The position numbers and the translations under genes are program-made. A DNA stretch of 64,000 nucleotides from a virus (Duplodnaviria; Caudoviricetes). Shown here one piece after another: positions 40,421 through 51,089 of the stretch. Within the stretch, counting starts at the first letter, position 1; every line of letters begins with the position of its first letter. The notes under the pieces are model-generated. The model searched no databases. It saw nothing but the letters and a program-made list of their open reading frames with translations, and was not told the origin of the DNA. The stretch lies in the IMG/VR virus record IMGVR_UViG_3300020577_013187, positions 8,233-72,232 of that record. One strand, 5' to 3'.

Positions 40421-40902
40421 TTTTATTTTCCTATTTTAAATATTTTATTCCACCATCTTATCTTTTTCTTTTCTAATTTCCATGTTTTTTGACAACTCCA
40501 ACAAGGATAAAAAACATAAGTGTCTAAATGAAGAACAGCTTTTTTCTTTAAACAAATAGCGCATGGCATATTATGCATTGCCCAAGGTCCACCATCAGAA
40601 ACAATATTTACTTCTAACAATTTCATTCTATTCTATCCAATACGGTTTGAGTTCCCCTACCCCTACATTTTTTGCATGGAATAGTGAAAAAAGGTTTCTC
40701 AAGAGCTCCCGATTCATACATTATTGCTATTTTCCATAGTTCCATTGAACTACCTCTAAAAACTACTTGTCCAGATTCTCCACAAGCTTTACATGGGATT
40801 TGCTTATAATGTCTTTTACGACACACATAAACCATAAAAATAATTTGAATACAAAGAATGGGAAGACCACCTAAGAAAATAGCTAAGACGTGATTAAGCA
40901 TT

Positions 40903-41145
40903 TTAAAACCTTACAGTATATCCTTTTAATGGTGCTCCGCACACTACACCTTCAACCATTTGACCTTTAATATTTTTAGCTTTAAACTTAGTAGAGTAAA
41001 AATCATCTTTACCACAAGATAAAGGAGCAAATCCACCTGTCTCAATATCACTATATCCTGAATTTTCTAAAGTTCTTCGAGACTCTAAAGGATTAGCGCA
41101 AGAACATAACCCAATAATAATTGTAATCAATAAAAATTTTTTCAT
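40903..41145 (-). CDS. Small phage lipoprotein
   Basis: Lipobox GLCS-C; LENSGY...CGKDDFYSTKF...GVVCG. Confidence 0.65.
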   Translation of the reverse strand: MKKFLLITIIIGLCSCANPLESRRTLENSGYSDIETGGFAPLSCGKDDFYSTKFKAKNIKGQMVEGVVCGAPLKGYTVRF

Positions 41146-41471
41146 TTATCCATCCTTTCTTCAAAAAAATGCCAAACAAAATCACCCTGAAAAAGAGTAT
41201 CTATAAATTTTAATTTCTCTATAGGCTGTAGAATGGTCATACCCGTTCCGTAGATTCTTAAAATTTTATTCTCCATCTCAAATTCACTAGTATCTATGAG
41301 AACCCAAACTTGAGGAATTGTTTCATTATTCTGAAAACCTACTTTTAATATGGTAGAATTTTTAGGCAAAGAGATATTGACTAGATCAGATAAGAAAAAA
41401 CTATATTTATAAATAGCTTTCATTTTGCTATTCCCAATCTCTTTTACAACCTTCAAAAGAAGGATAGCCAA
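41142..41471 (-). CDS. Conserved phage hypothetical protein (DUF7352-like)
   Basis: IYKY...LPKNSTILKVG...VWVLID...IYGTG...FVWHFFE. Confidence 0.55.
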   Translation of the reverse strand: MAILLLKVVKEIGNSKMKAIYKYSFFLSDLVNISLPKNSTILKVGFQNNETIPQVWVLIDTSEFEMENKILRIYGTGMTILQPIEKLKFIDTLFQGDFVWHFFEERMDK

Positions 41472-42106
41472 AATCTCTTACATGAGTGATAGTTTTTATT
41501 TCACCACAAACATCACACTTGCCTTCATGGCAAGTACAAATACGGTTTCCTTTACCATTAGCTACCTTATTTCCACAATCAAAACAAACCCACTTAGGAT
41601 AAGGTTTAAGATCGCTCATAACTTTCTCCTATAATCTTTTTGTCCCATTGAGAAAGATGATTCATCTGACCCCTTTTTCTTAACCAAGCTTCGACTTCTA
41701 GAACAGCTCTTTCTAAATCAAAATAATAACGAGGCCAGCCGTCTTGATAGTCAACGAAAAGTTTTATTCCATCAGTAAAAACTTTAGCCAAATAATTGCC
41801 TCTATCACAATATTTTTGCCTCATTTCTATTGTAATTAAACAGTTTTTTCCATTAATAGAAAGGTATTCATTATGGTAATCTAAGGCTAATGACTTAAAA
41901 TTATGGACACATTTATTCATTTTATCTTCATCATGCGATTCGATAACAACAGGTTGTTGGCCCTTTTCTAAAAATTTTAAAATACTTTTTATACTCATAT
42001 ACTTCCTTTATTATTATATTTTTAACTATTTTCTATTACTCACTTATATATTTGACTAACCCAACTATTTAATTCATTATGTAATACCAACTAAAAACAC
42101 TCCAAT

Positions 42107-42631
42107 TTACCTCATATTATTTTTAACTCTAGATAGAAAATCAGATAAAATGCTTACTTGATTTTTACAATCATCTAGTGCTGTATGAGTGTTACTTTTG
42201 CCTGATTTACCATTTTTTAAATCTATCATCATTCGACACAATTCAGTTACACTTCTCATATCTCTACAATCCCAATACTTATGAGGAAATTCTATCCTCA
42301 ATCGATTAAAATTAGACTGTAAAATCATAAAATCAAAATAACCCTTACTCCAAACACACTTGGCCTGCTTAGCAAACTCAGTATATTTTAGGATAGCCTC
42401 TCTAGCTTCAATAGGATTATTCATTACATTAGATCGAGCCTGCTCTGCTTGTTTAAACCACCAAGCAATAGTTGAATATGACACATGAGCTTCAGGATCT
42501 GGGATTAAACAAACCTCAAAAGTATTTCCTATTTGACCTGTAAAAAGTTCAAAATAACAAGCTCCTATTTGAATGATAGCTGCATTGGGGTCTGTAGATA
42601 GTGTCTCTAAGTCAATCATTATATTATTCAT
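42107..42631 (-). CDS. 3'-5' exonuclease, DEDDh Rv2179c-like
   Basis: IMIDLETL...IIQIGAC, VWSKGYFDF, RDMRS, HTALDDC. Confidence 0.88.
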   Translation of the reverse strand: MNNIMIDLETLSTDPNAAIIQIGACYFELFTGQIGNTFEVCLIPDPEAHVSYSTIAWWFKQAEQARSNVMNNPIEAREAILKYTEFAKQAKCVWSKGYFDFMILQSNFNRLRIEFPHKYWDCRDMRSVTELCRMMIDLKNGKSGKSNTHTALDDCKNQVSILSDFLSRVKNNMR

Positions 42632-42648
42632 TTTCTTATCCTATAAAG

Positions 42649-42704
42649 TATAATAGCCAGTATTTTTACTGGCTATTATAGTCGAAAGAATATTTTATTG
42701 GCAA
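42649..42704 (-). promoter_or_regulatory. TTGCCA-N18-TATAAT promoter with a perfect 14-bp inverted repeat over the -10/+1 region
   Basis: tataatagccagta-tttt-tactggctattata (42649-42680); -35 at 42699-42704. Confidence 0.5.
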
Positions 42705-43606
42705 GTAAAAAAAACTAACACCACCAACGATTTATACACTTAGAAAAAATATCTAAGCCAAATAGAATGCCAAAAAGCATTATGTTTCCCTTTCCTCTCC
42801 CCTATTTGTTTACTATAAAGTATTGCTAAATTATTATTCTAACGAATAAACAAAATAATCACCCTTAATCACTACAGGCTCTTTAATCCAACTAGTTTTA
42901 TAGCCTAACCAATCATCATTCATTTTATCCATCAATTGGGCTAATTGATGATTATCAAATTCACTATTTTCATTGGAAAACATAATCAATCGATCGCAAT
43001 TATTAAGCAATGCGGCATCTTCATCAGATATATCATCTAATGGAAGCAAAAACATTTCTGGCTCATATTTTGAATCAGAAATAAAAATTAATAAAGCATG
43101 TTCTTTCATTTTATATTCTCCTATTTATTTCTTGATCAGACCATGACATTCTGATAGGTTTTTTATTTGTTTTAATAGTTTTCTCATCGATTTCAGTTAA
43201 TCTTAAAAGACCTTTTTTCATTTTAGACAATGTATTAACATATAACTCACTAGCTTTAATATAATTAGTTATAGTAAAGAGTAGCTTCCAAGAATAATGG
43301 CCTTGAATAAAATAAGATTTTTCTATTTGGTAATATATCATATTTTAATCTTCAACTTCAATTGTAATGTGAATAAGTGGTATAGATAAGCCTAGTGTAA
43401 AAGCTGATTCATGAATTTCTTGTTTGAATCTTTTAGCCTCTTCATAAGATTCAAACTTTTTATTACCAGATATACTATAATTTGATATCCATCTTACTAT
43501 AAAATTCATAATGCTTCCTTTTTTCTATTAATAAATTTAGATTTAGTAAATAAAAGAAAAACAAAAAAGTAGAATAGAGAAAAAGATAAGAGTAACTAGA
43601 ATTGTT

Positions 43607-44170
43607 TTAATTATTTTGAAGGTCATTATCACCCGCCCCTACAAGTCTTTTTCTTATTTTTTTTATCGTATTTTGACTTTTATCTTCTTTGTTAATTATC
43701 CATAAATGATTGTCAAATTGTTTTTGATAAGTATCAACAATTTTGGGGTCATCTAAAAAAACACAATTTTCTTCATTAAAAATTTGAGCTGCATCAGTCC
43801 AATTAAAAGATCCTGTCATTACTTCTTTTTGATCTGAAACTGCAAATTTATTATGTTGAATCTTATTTACACTATGAATTTTTATATTTAATTTTGAGTC
43901 TATTAAGTCAATAGTCTCATCAGTATTATTATAAGCCTGCCCTCTATCAAGAAGAATTCTTACTGCCACACCTCTAGATTGGGCTTGTTTTAATGATACT
44001 ATAATATTAGTATTGTTCAACGAATACATTGCTATATCTAATTGCTTATTTGATTTATTAATTAAATCAATAGCACTCTTTTCACATTCACCATTGGGTG
44101 AAAAATAAACTTTAGTTTCAGCTAAAGCTGAAGAAGATATTAAAGATAATAAAAGCAGTTTTTTAATCAT
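43607..44170 (-). CDS. Secreted phospholipase D-family (Nuc-like) endonuclease
   Basis: Signal peptide MIKKLLLLSLISSSALA; single HKD motif HNKFAVSD followed by TGSFNWT. Confidence 0.85.
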   Translation of the reverse strand: MIKKLLLLSLISSSALAETKVYFSPNGECEKSAIDLINKSNKQLDIAMYSLNNTNIIVSLKQAQSRGVAVRILLDRGQAYNNTDETIDLIDSKLNIKIHSVNKIQHNKFAVSDQKEVMTGSFNWTDAAQIFNEENCVFLDDPKIVDTYQKQFDNHLWIINKEDKSQNTIKKIRKRLVGAGDNDLQNN

Positions 44171-44174
44171 AAAA

Positions 44175-44495
44175 TTAGAAACCTTCAGCTATCTTAATTA
44201 ATTCCCAAACATTAACATCAAGAGCTGAAGCAATTTTTCTTAAAATCAATATAGACGGATTAGCCTTACCATCTAAAATTTTGTAAAAATAAGTTTTAGA
44301 AACTTCAGCTTCGTAAGCTAATTTTTCAAAGCTTTTATTATTTTCAGTTGCTAACTTCATTAAGAGCTTGCCTAAGTTAATAAAAAAATCTTTTTCTTTA
44401 TCAAAATTAGCTCTTTCTTCAAGATATCCTTTTTTGAGTTCAGGATCTCTTTCAGCACGTAACCTTAAAATCTCAACTGCATTCTTGGTTTTCAT
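44175..44495 (-). CDS. XRE-family HTH regulator
   Basis: SFEKLAYEAEVSKTYFYKILDGKANPSILILRKIASALDV. Confidence 0.85.
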   Translation of the reverse strand: MKTKNAVEILRLRAERDPELKKGYLEERANFDKEKDFFINLGKLLMKLATENNKSFEKLAYEAEVSKTYFYKILDGKANPSILILRKIASALDVNVWELIKIAEGF

Positions 44496-44638
44496 GCTCT
44501 AATCCTTCTGATAACATTTTTCTAAGATCTTCTAGAGATTTATTGATCTTTACTTGTGTTTCCTCAAGCTTAGCTAAATAATAAGTAGGTTCTTTCAAAG
44601 ACTCTTCATCAACTAGTTCTTTCTTTTTTCTAGATATA

Positions 44639-45373
44639 TTATTTTACTATTTTAACCAACTTTGTTTTAACTAAAGTACCGCTCTCTTTGAATGAATCAT
44701 CAGGCAATTCAATGGTATTACTATCTAAATCATTTAAAAGATGTCTAAAATTTACTGATTTAGAATTCTCTCTAAAAAATGGTCCTACACTCATCACACT
44801 CACTAGTGTACCGCCTGGCTTTAAAAAACTTAAAGCATGAACTACATGATCAATCTCTTGTTGTTTTGAAAATGGTGGATTCATAACAACTTTATCCACA
44901 GGAATGTCAACATTTATTTTTAAAAAATCACCCACAATTGGACAATAACCCTTATCTTTTAATTTTTTGGCATTATTTTCGTTCAATTCAATCACAACTT
45001 TTTTATTATCTAAGGGTAGTAGATCAAGAATAGCGCCCTGTCCAGCTGAAGGCTCAAGAATAGTATCAGTAGGCCTAATATCAGCTAGCTCTATCATTTG
45101 TTCTACAATCTTTTTAGGAGTAGGGAAAAATTGATAATCTTTGGCAATATTTATAAACTCCCCTATTGTAATCATATCATTAAATAAATCTTCAGGAGAG
45201 GATTCAAAGATATGAGCTTTAGTCTTTCTATTCCATTTGCCTCCAATTGACTCTAAGCATTCATTGACTTTAATATAGAGCTTTCTATCAAGTGGCTTAT
45301 TTGGTAAATAGACCTTATTATCTTCAATAATACACAAGTCTAATATTTGTAAAACATCAGCTGCAATCTTCAC
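44639..45373 (-). CDS. Orphan SAM-dependent amino (probably N6-adenine) DNA methyltransferase
   Basis: FFPTP, ILEPSAGQGAI (motif I), VVMNPPF (motif IV). Confidence 0.8.
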   Translation of the reverse strand: MKIAADVLQILDLCIIEDNKVYLPNKPLDRKLYIKVNECLESIGGKWNRKTKAHIFESSPEDLFNDMITIGEFINIAKDYQFFPTPKKIVEQMIELADIRPTDTILEPSAGQGAILDLLPLDNKKVVIELNENNAKKLKDKGYCPIVGDFLKINVDIPVDKVVMNPPFSKQQEIDHVVHALSFLKPGGTLVSVMSVGPFFRENSKSVNFRHLLNDLDSNTIELPDDSFKESGTLVKTKLVKIVK

Positions 45374-47209
45374 TATCTCATCTCCTATATTACAAAAATA
45401 TCTTCATGAATGTTAAAATTTTGTACTAAAGTATTATCTTGTACTGAAAAAATACTGTCTACAAAAGTAATAGGCAATTTTAAACCCAATATATAAAAAA
45501 CAAAACAAGTAAATCCAATTTTATTCTCTTCAAATGAAAATTCATCAAGTATAGTTTCTCTATACTTTTGGAGCATAAAAATTCTTTTGGGAGTTTTATC
45601 GTAAGCTATATAATGTGCAACTATATTTTCTACTTTAGAATATAGGCTCATTGTGTTGTCTCAGAAGGTCTATAAGGTAAAAATATCAATTTTTTCAATA
45701 CTAAATCATCAAAATTAGGTAAACTATAAAACTCATCTTTTGATAGTTGAGAAATCCATCGATTATTAGGTTGATCACTTATCGAGCTTCTAGCAAGTTT
45801 CTCATTATAAGCAACTACTAGTTCATATTTATTATTGGGGAAAATAAAAAAATATGCCTTACATTCTTTAAGACTTTCAACATAAGGTCGTAATCTACTA
45901 TTTTCTTTATTCATATTAAAAAGCTAGCAGACTTAAAAAACACAGTCTGCTAGCTCCATAGGAGTCTTATTGAATAACTTTTGCATTAGGCAATGGTACA
46001 TTTTTAATTATACCATTTTTAATAAGAAAAGCAACTAGAGTTTCAGCAATATACTCTTTCTTATTAGAAGGAATTTTTTTCTTATTGCATCCAAAACCAA
46101 TCGCTAGATCATCTGCAATGGTCAAAAGATGATAAAACAAGCTGCAATATTTTTTATACTTACTTAAGTCTCTTGCAATACTAATTGATTGATAATTCCC
46201 ATCAAATCCTTTTACTAGTAAAGAAAGATTAGATTCAAGAATTTGAAAATCTTTTTTACCTAAAAAAGAAAAGGTTTTATTAAAATCCTTATCAAGTTTA
46301 TTTTTTTTAATTTTTGGCTGAGGAATAAGCTTAACTTTTAAAACCTTATAACTCATTGCAGTTTTCTTTTCAGCATCTTGCTTTTTCATATTCATCCTTT
46401 TTTTTATACAATAAGATATTTTATTGTATTTTTTTATTATTACTCATCTCCATTATCTCGCTTTTCAATGCCTAGAACTACAGCATTAAAAAATTTTGTA
46501 TTCCCACAATTAATACAAATAATCATTGCTTTAGGATAAAGACTGCCGATTAAAGCATTATTCCTTTATGATCCAATCAATATGATTTTTTAACTCGTGA
46601 TTAGCTTCGAGTTTAAAAATTCTTACATAAGATCCCTTACCAGAAAAATCTTTTATTCTATGAACCATAATTTTATCTTTATAGATATAGATAGTAAGTT
46701 TGTGAGAACTAGAGGGGCCCTTAGCTGTAACAATCAATTCAGAGTTGTCGCTAGAGTCAAGCAAAGCAAAATTTATAAGATCAGTTTGATATCTTCCATT
46801 ATTATCTTCAATCAGCTGATCAAACTTTGCTTTTAGTTTTTTATTAAACATAACCTGGCACGCCTCCAATGACTACCCTATCACCTGATTGAGAAAAAAA
46901 CCTATTGACTATCTGACCACGACAATCATCATAGATTTTTTTAGCTTTAATTCTATCCATTGGCTTACTATGTGAAATAATAAACTTACTCTTACTAAAA
47001 AACTTTTTATTCCCCGTAATGACAAAATAGAATTCACTACGAGGAGACTTCTTAAGAACAATAAATCCATCTTTAAAAATATCAAATGAAACTACATCTT
47101 TATCAACAAAATCAAAAATTAGTTCAATTGATGATTCTTCTTCCATAAAACCTCCTATGTTTTATTTTAAAATAGTTATAAAAAATTTTAATAACGTTTT
47201 AAAATAGTG

Positions 47210-47237
47210 TTGACTATTTTTTAGAATACAGTATAGT
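47210..47237 (+). promoter_or_regulatory. Copy of the repeated promoter in opposite orientation, facing the RNA ligase 3' end
   Basis: ttttaaaatagtg-TTGACT-N16-TATAGT-taatctataag, with the same upstream and downstream context as the minus-strand copies. Confidence 0.65.
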
Positions 47238-47257
47238 TAATCTATAAGCTGAGGGGT

Positions 47258-48334
47258 TTAATGAAAATCAGATTGTTCCTTCAAAAGATAATCATCATTA
47301 ATTAGTTTAACAAGCTTATGGCCTTCAGGAGAACGAATAACAACACCTTCTTTTACCTTTTGAGCAGAAGAAAGAACAGAATCACCTGTAGCTAATTTTT
47401 TAGCATGGGCTTCATTAAAAGGTCCCTTGTATAAAATAGGAACTAAAGGAAGGTCTCTCTCTTTACAAAATTTTTCTAAGGTTTCATGATCTTGATAAAC
47501 ACCATTAATCTTTAAATCAAAGATAACAAGTTTTTTTTCAAGAGTCTCACAACCATAATCATAGTTTTTTTGAACTCCTGAACCATAGACTTCACCATAA
47601 ATAATTTCACCATGTTTTAACTTTTTTTCAATATCATATTTTTCAACCATTTGATTATAAATATCTTGCCTATAAAAACCTTTTTTGCCACCACCATTTT
47701 GCAGTTGAACATTATGAGAACCATAGCAAAATTGAGTTTTAGGAGCAAGACCAAAAAACTTTTTAATCTTCTTCCAAATAGTATCAGCATTATAATCGAG
47801 AATACCAGCACGCCAATTAGAACCATGGATTTTTTCAGTAATTACACATGATTCACCACTAGTAAAAAAGTTGTTAAAATTCTTATAGTTTTCAATACTA
47901 GTATATTTACTAAAATCAGGATGAACTTGTTTTTTACTGGCTTGCCTTAGATTAGATTGAGGACCTAAATCAACAGGCGGCTCATATTTTGTAATACCTA
48001 ATCTTTCTGTAACATCAGCACCTTCTTTAAATCCAATTAAATCAAGCTCTTGAAGGCTAGTAACTAATCCTTGAGATACTAATCCTCTAATTCTTATAGT
48101 TCTAATTCTTGATTTTGATAGTTTAATTTTTGAATCAGGAGGAAAGATCTTATTCTCAAGATCTTTTGGAAGAACTGAATCAATAGGAATATAACAACAT
48201 AGATCTCCTGTCTTGTAAAGATCTTTTTGAACTACACAGTTCCAACCTTTGATAACCGCTATCTCTAATTTTTGAGCATTGGGATGCTCAATTATATTAT
48301 CTATCTTTAATACTTCAACTTTTAGTGTACTCAT
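47258..48334 (-). CDS. ATP-dependent RNA ligase, DRB0094/Rnl5 family, with N-terminal OB/tRNA-binding domain
   Basis: IIEHPNAQKLEIA, YIPIDSVLP, RIRGLVSQGL, TEKIHGSN (motif I), YGEVYG, KEGVVIR, KLINDDYL. Confidence 0.92.
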   Translation of the reverse strand: MSTLKVEVLKIDNIIEHPNAQKLEIAVIKGWNCVVQKDLYKTGDLCCYIPIDSVLPKDLENKIFPPDSKIKLSKSRIRTIRIRGLVSQGLVTSLQELDLIGFKEGADVTERLGITKYEPPVDLGPQSNLRQASKKQVHPDFSKYTSIENYKNFNNFFTSGESCVITEKIHGSNWRAGILDYNADTIWKKIKKFFGLAPKTQFCYGSHNVQLQNGGGKKGFYRQDIYNQMVEKYDIEKKLKHGEIIYGEVYGSGVQKNYDYGCETLEKKLVIFDLKINGVYQDHETLEKFCKERDLPLVPILYKGPFNEAHAKKLATGDSVLSSAQKVKEGVVIRSPEGHKLVKLINDDYLLKEQSDFH

Positions 48335-48410
48335 GATCTTTCCTATAAGATTAGAATGTTTTTATTATATGAAAGATCGTGTGATATTAAATATCTTATT
48401 TTGCTGTCAA

Positions 48411-48443
48411 TAAAAAACCCAATAATTTAAAAAATTATTGGGT
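48411..48443 (-). terminator. Intrinsic terminator
   Basis: acccaataattt/aaattattgggt 12-bp stem plus A-run. Confidence 0.65.
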
Positions 48444-49694
48444 CAGTATCTTATTTTGAGTTGTACGAAATAATCGTACAACTAATTATTCTGCATCACT
48501 CATACTATCTCATATATTTTACTAAGACAAATACCACTTAAAGCTTTATTAGACTGAATCTTATACTTTTGCCATTTTCCAGCATCCTTAGTCATATCTA
48601 AGGTAATATCACTCCAAAATTTGTTCCAATTCAAACATTCTTTATTAAACCTAGATATAATGCAAAGAAGATCTTTAGTTTTTTGCTCATGCCTTTCTTG
48701 TTTTAAAACATAAGATCCATTACATTTATTCAAAATATCTAATTCTGAAACATTTACTATATCTAAAGGAATCAAAAAAAGTTCTATTCCTCCATATCCA
48801 GGATCTACGCTGTCATAAGTAATTAGAATATGTTCTCTCATATTTTATCCACTAACAATATAATTTATATATAGACCCAAAAGCTTCTGTAACTTCTGGA
48901 TCATCAATATATTCTAACAAAAGACCATCAGCTTCTTCATGATTTAACTCAACATCTCCCCCTTCTGTGGTAGAGTCAGCTATATCTTTTAGTTTTTTGA
49001 TAAGATCTTCTTTAGTCATTTTTGTTGATTGATTCATAATCTCCTATTCCTTGTTTTATACAAGCTTTAACTAATTCTAGTAAATTGTCAGCATCTATTA
49101 AATCAAGAGCTAGTAGGGGCTCCCTCTCATCAAAATCTTGATCTATAATCTTTTTTCTCATGTCTTAAAATATCTTGAATTGTAAATTGTAATAATATGC
49201 TCCCTACGCATCTTAGCTCTTTCTTTGATCCAAAACTTAAGTGACTTCTTAATGGCCCATCTTTCACAATCTTTTAAATCTAGTTGATCCCAAGCCAAAC
49301 GAGCATTATTAATTAAAACAGAATAATCCTTTTCCTGAAGCTCAAATTGTTCTTCATTAGAATTCATTTGATCCCCTTTAGATTATAATTTAATTATACA
49401 CTAGTCTATCTAACATTTCAAGTTTTTTATCAGTCCCAAGAAAAATATCTAAAATAAATAATGCCAATGACTCTTTCTTCTTCTTGAATAGAAGGAGTGA
49501 GGTCACTCATTCTTTTAGTGATAGAGTCATAGTTAAGAATTAAAACAAAACAGAGAAATAACAGGATGAGCGGAGCAATGGGGCTCTTCATAAAATCCTC
49601 AAATTAAATGGGGTTAAAAAACTAGGTAACGATATATTTCGGTGTACCACTCCAAAAAAAAATATAATTTTTACTGTACAAATATTTTTAAGAC

Positions 49695-49835
49695 TTAAAT
49701 GCTTTTGTCGTGATTTGCAAGGTTATTCAGAGCTTTAATTCTGCCCTCTTGCATCTCTTTACCTATCTCATCCAAAGTCTTTTTCTTCTTAACTTTCTCT
49801 TTGGGTTTAGGTTTAGAGTTTTCTTTCTTTTTCAT
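49695..49835 (-). CDS. 46-aa Lys-rich passenger ORF (not in the ORF track)
   Basis: MKKKENSKPKPKEKVKKKKTLDEIGKEMQEGRIKALNNLANHDKSI; TAATG coupling to the upstream ORF. Confidence 0.5.
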   Translation of the reverse strand: MKKKENSKPKPKEKVKKKKTLDEIGKEMQEGRIKALNNLANHDKSI

Positions 49836-49969
49836 TAGTTAGGTAGTTTGGGCTTCTTCAATAAAGGTTTTAGCATCTTTTTAAGGTCAATGTTTTTGCC
49901 CTGCTCATACTTTGCTATAAGTTCTTTATCTGTTAGCCCTTTTACTGGCTTTGGCTGCTTTGCTTTCAT
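49835..49969 (-). CDS. 44-aa Lys/Pro-rich passenger ORF (not in the ORF track)
   Basis: MKAKQPKPVKGLTDKELIAKYEQGKNIDLKKMLKPLLKKPKLPN; starts 1 nt after the HNH stop. Confidence 0.55.
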   Translation of the reverse strand: MKAKQPKPVKGLTDKELIAKYEQGKNIDLKKMLKPLLKKPKLPN

Positions 49970-49970
49970 C

Positions 49971-51089
49971 TTAAATGTAGTAACCTTTAAGTTTGTCAAA
50001 AGTTAATTCCAGTCCGCATTTTTTCAATGCGTCTTTTTTCTTTTCATATAGGATTTTTAACCTCTTTATTTTTTCTTCCTCCCTGCCAAGATGAACTGCT
50101 CTGTGGCAAGTAGGGCAAAGTGAAGTTATATTTTCCTCTCTGTCAATATTTGTTGGCAGTAAAGTATCTTGAAAAGCCATTGGTATTAAATGATGGCTTT
50201 CTGAAAAGTTAATTCCTCTTTTTGTAAAGAAAGTCATGTGTCCTGCATCAATTTCACAGGCATAATCTACCTTAGAAAGAGCAGTTTTAGCTAATCTCGA
50301 ATTAGTTTTGAATGACTTTCTTCCTGCTCCTAAAACCAATACTGGTACTCTATTGTTTTGCTTATCCAATTCACTTGCAGCAAGTGGTTTTACATTTTGA
50401 ATTTTAAGTTGGTCGGTCAAATCAAAATCGTCTGCGTGTTTCTTTTGAGTGAGTAGAAATTCCTCAACTATGGATTTAGGCACAACTCTTACAGCAGTCT
50501 TTTCAAGAAAATGAACCTCTAAAAAATAGTACCTACCAAAACAAATATCCGATAGATATTGGATAGTACTTTGATTCTTTAATTGATATACATATTTTCC
50601 AATAAAATCACTTTCTGTACTGTAATATTTTAAGGCTTTATTTTTTGTAATAGAATGCGCTGCTTGTCTTGACCTCATAAAGTTATATTCCTTTACAAAG
50701 AATAGAACTAATGATATGTAAAAATATTCAGGATTTATATTATCCGAAAAAGTGAGAGTATTTACATCATCAAAAATCATTTCAAGGCAGGTTTTTCTAT
50801 AAGCCTTGTTGTTTTTGAACTTCACCAATGAATCTACCTGAGATGAAATATAACTCATTATTCCATCGCTTTCTTTGCCATCCGAATATTTAAAATGCTC
50901 CCCAACGAAAGTCATTACCTCTTTCTTAAATGAGGGTGTATCTGTTAGCATAGATGAACCCGCATTATGAACAGCTTGATTGCCTATTCCTAATGGATTG
51001 AAGTCTTTGAATGCCATGAAACTACCTATGTTCATTCTTTGGGGTTCTACTATTTCTAATTCTTTAGAGGGGAAGAGATGCTCTATCAT
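49971..51089 (-). CDS. HNH endonuclease (McrA-like C-terminal domain), putative restriction enzyme
   Basis: YACEID...ESHHLIPM...NITSLCPTCHRAVH. Confidence 0.85.
   Translation of the reverse strand: MIEHLFPSKELEIVEPQRMNIGSFMAFKDFNPLGIGNQAVHNAGSSMLTDTPSFKKEVMTFVGEHFKYSDGKESDGIMSYISSQVDSLVKFKNNKAYRKTCLEMIFDDVNTLTFSDNINPEYFYISLVLFFVKEYNFMRSRQAAHSITKNKALKYYSTESDFIGKYVYQLKNQSTIQYLSDICFGRYYFLEVHFLEKTAVRVVPKSIVEEFLLTQKKHADDFDLTDQLKIQNVKPLAASELDKQNNRVPVLVLGAGRKSFKTNSRLAKTALSKVDYACEIDAGHMTFFTKRGINFSESHHLIPMAFQDTLLPTNIDREENITSLCPTCHRAVHLGREEEKIKRLKILYEKKKDALKKCGLELTFDKLKGYYI

Noticed and set aside
44175-44640. HigBA-type toxin-antitoxin pair around the XRE gene
   Set aside because: The upstream 140 bp has no ATG-initiated RelE/HigB-like ORF, only a short coiled-coil-like frame.
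1926-47851. Plus-strand track ORFs antisense to long genes (for example 1926, 3481, 4243, 5375, 9999, 11159, 11704, 18714, 27943, 28570, 36391, 46597, 47651)
   Set aside because: They lie opposite well-supported genes, lack RBS and motifs, and look like antisense shadows.
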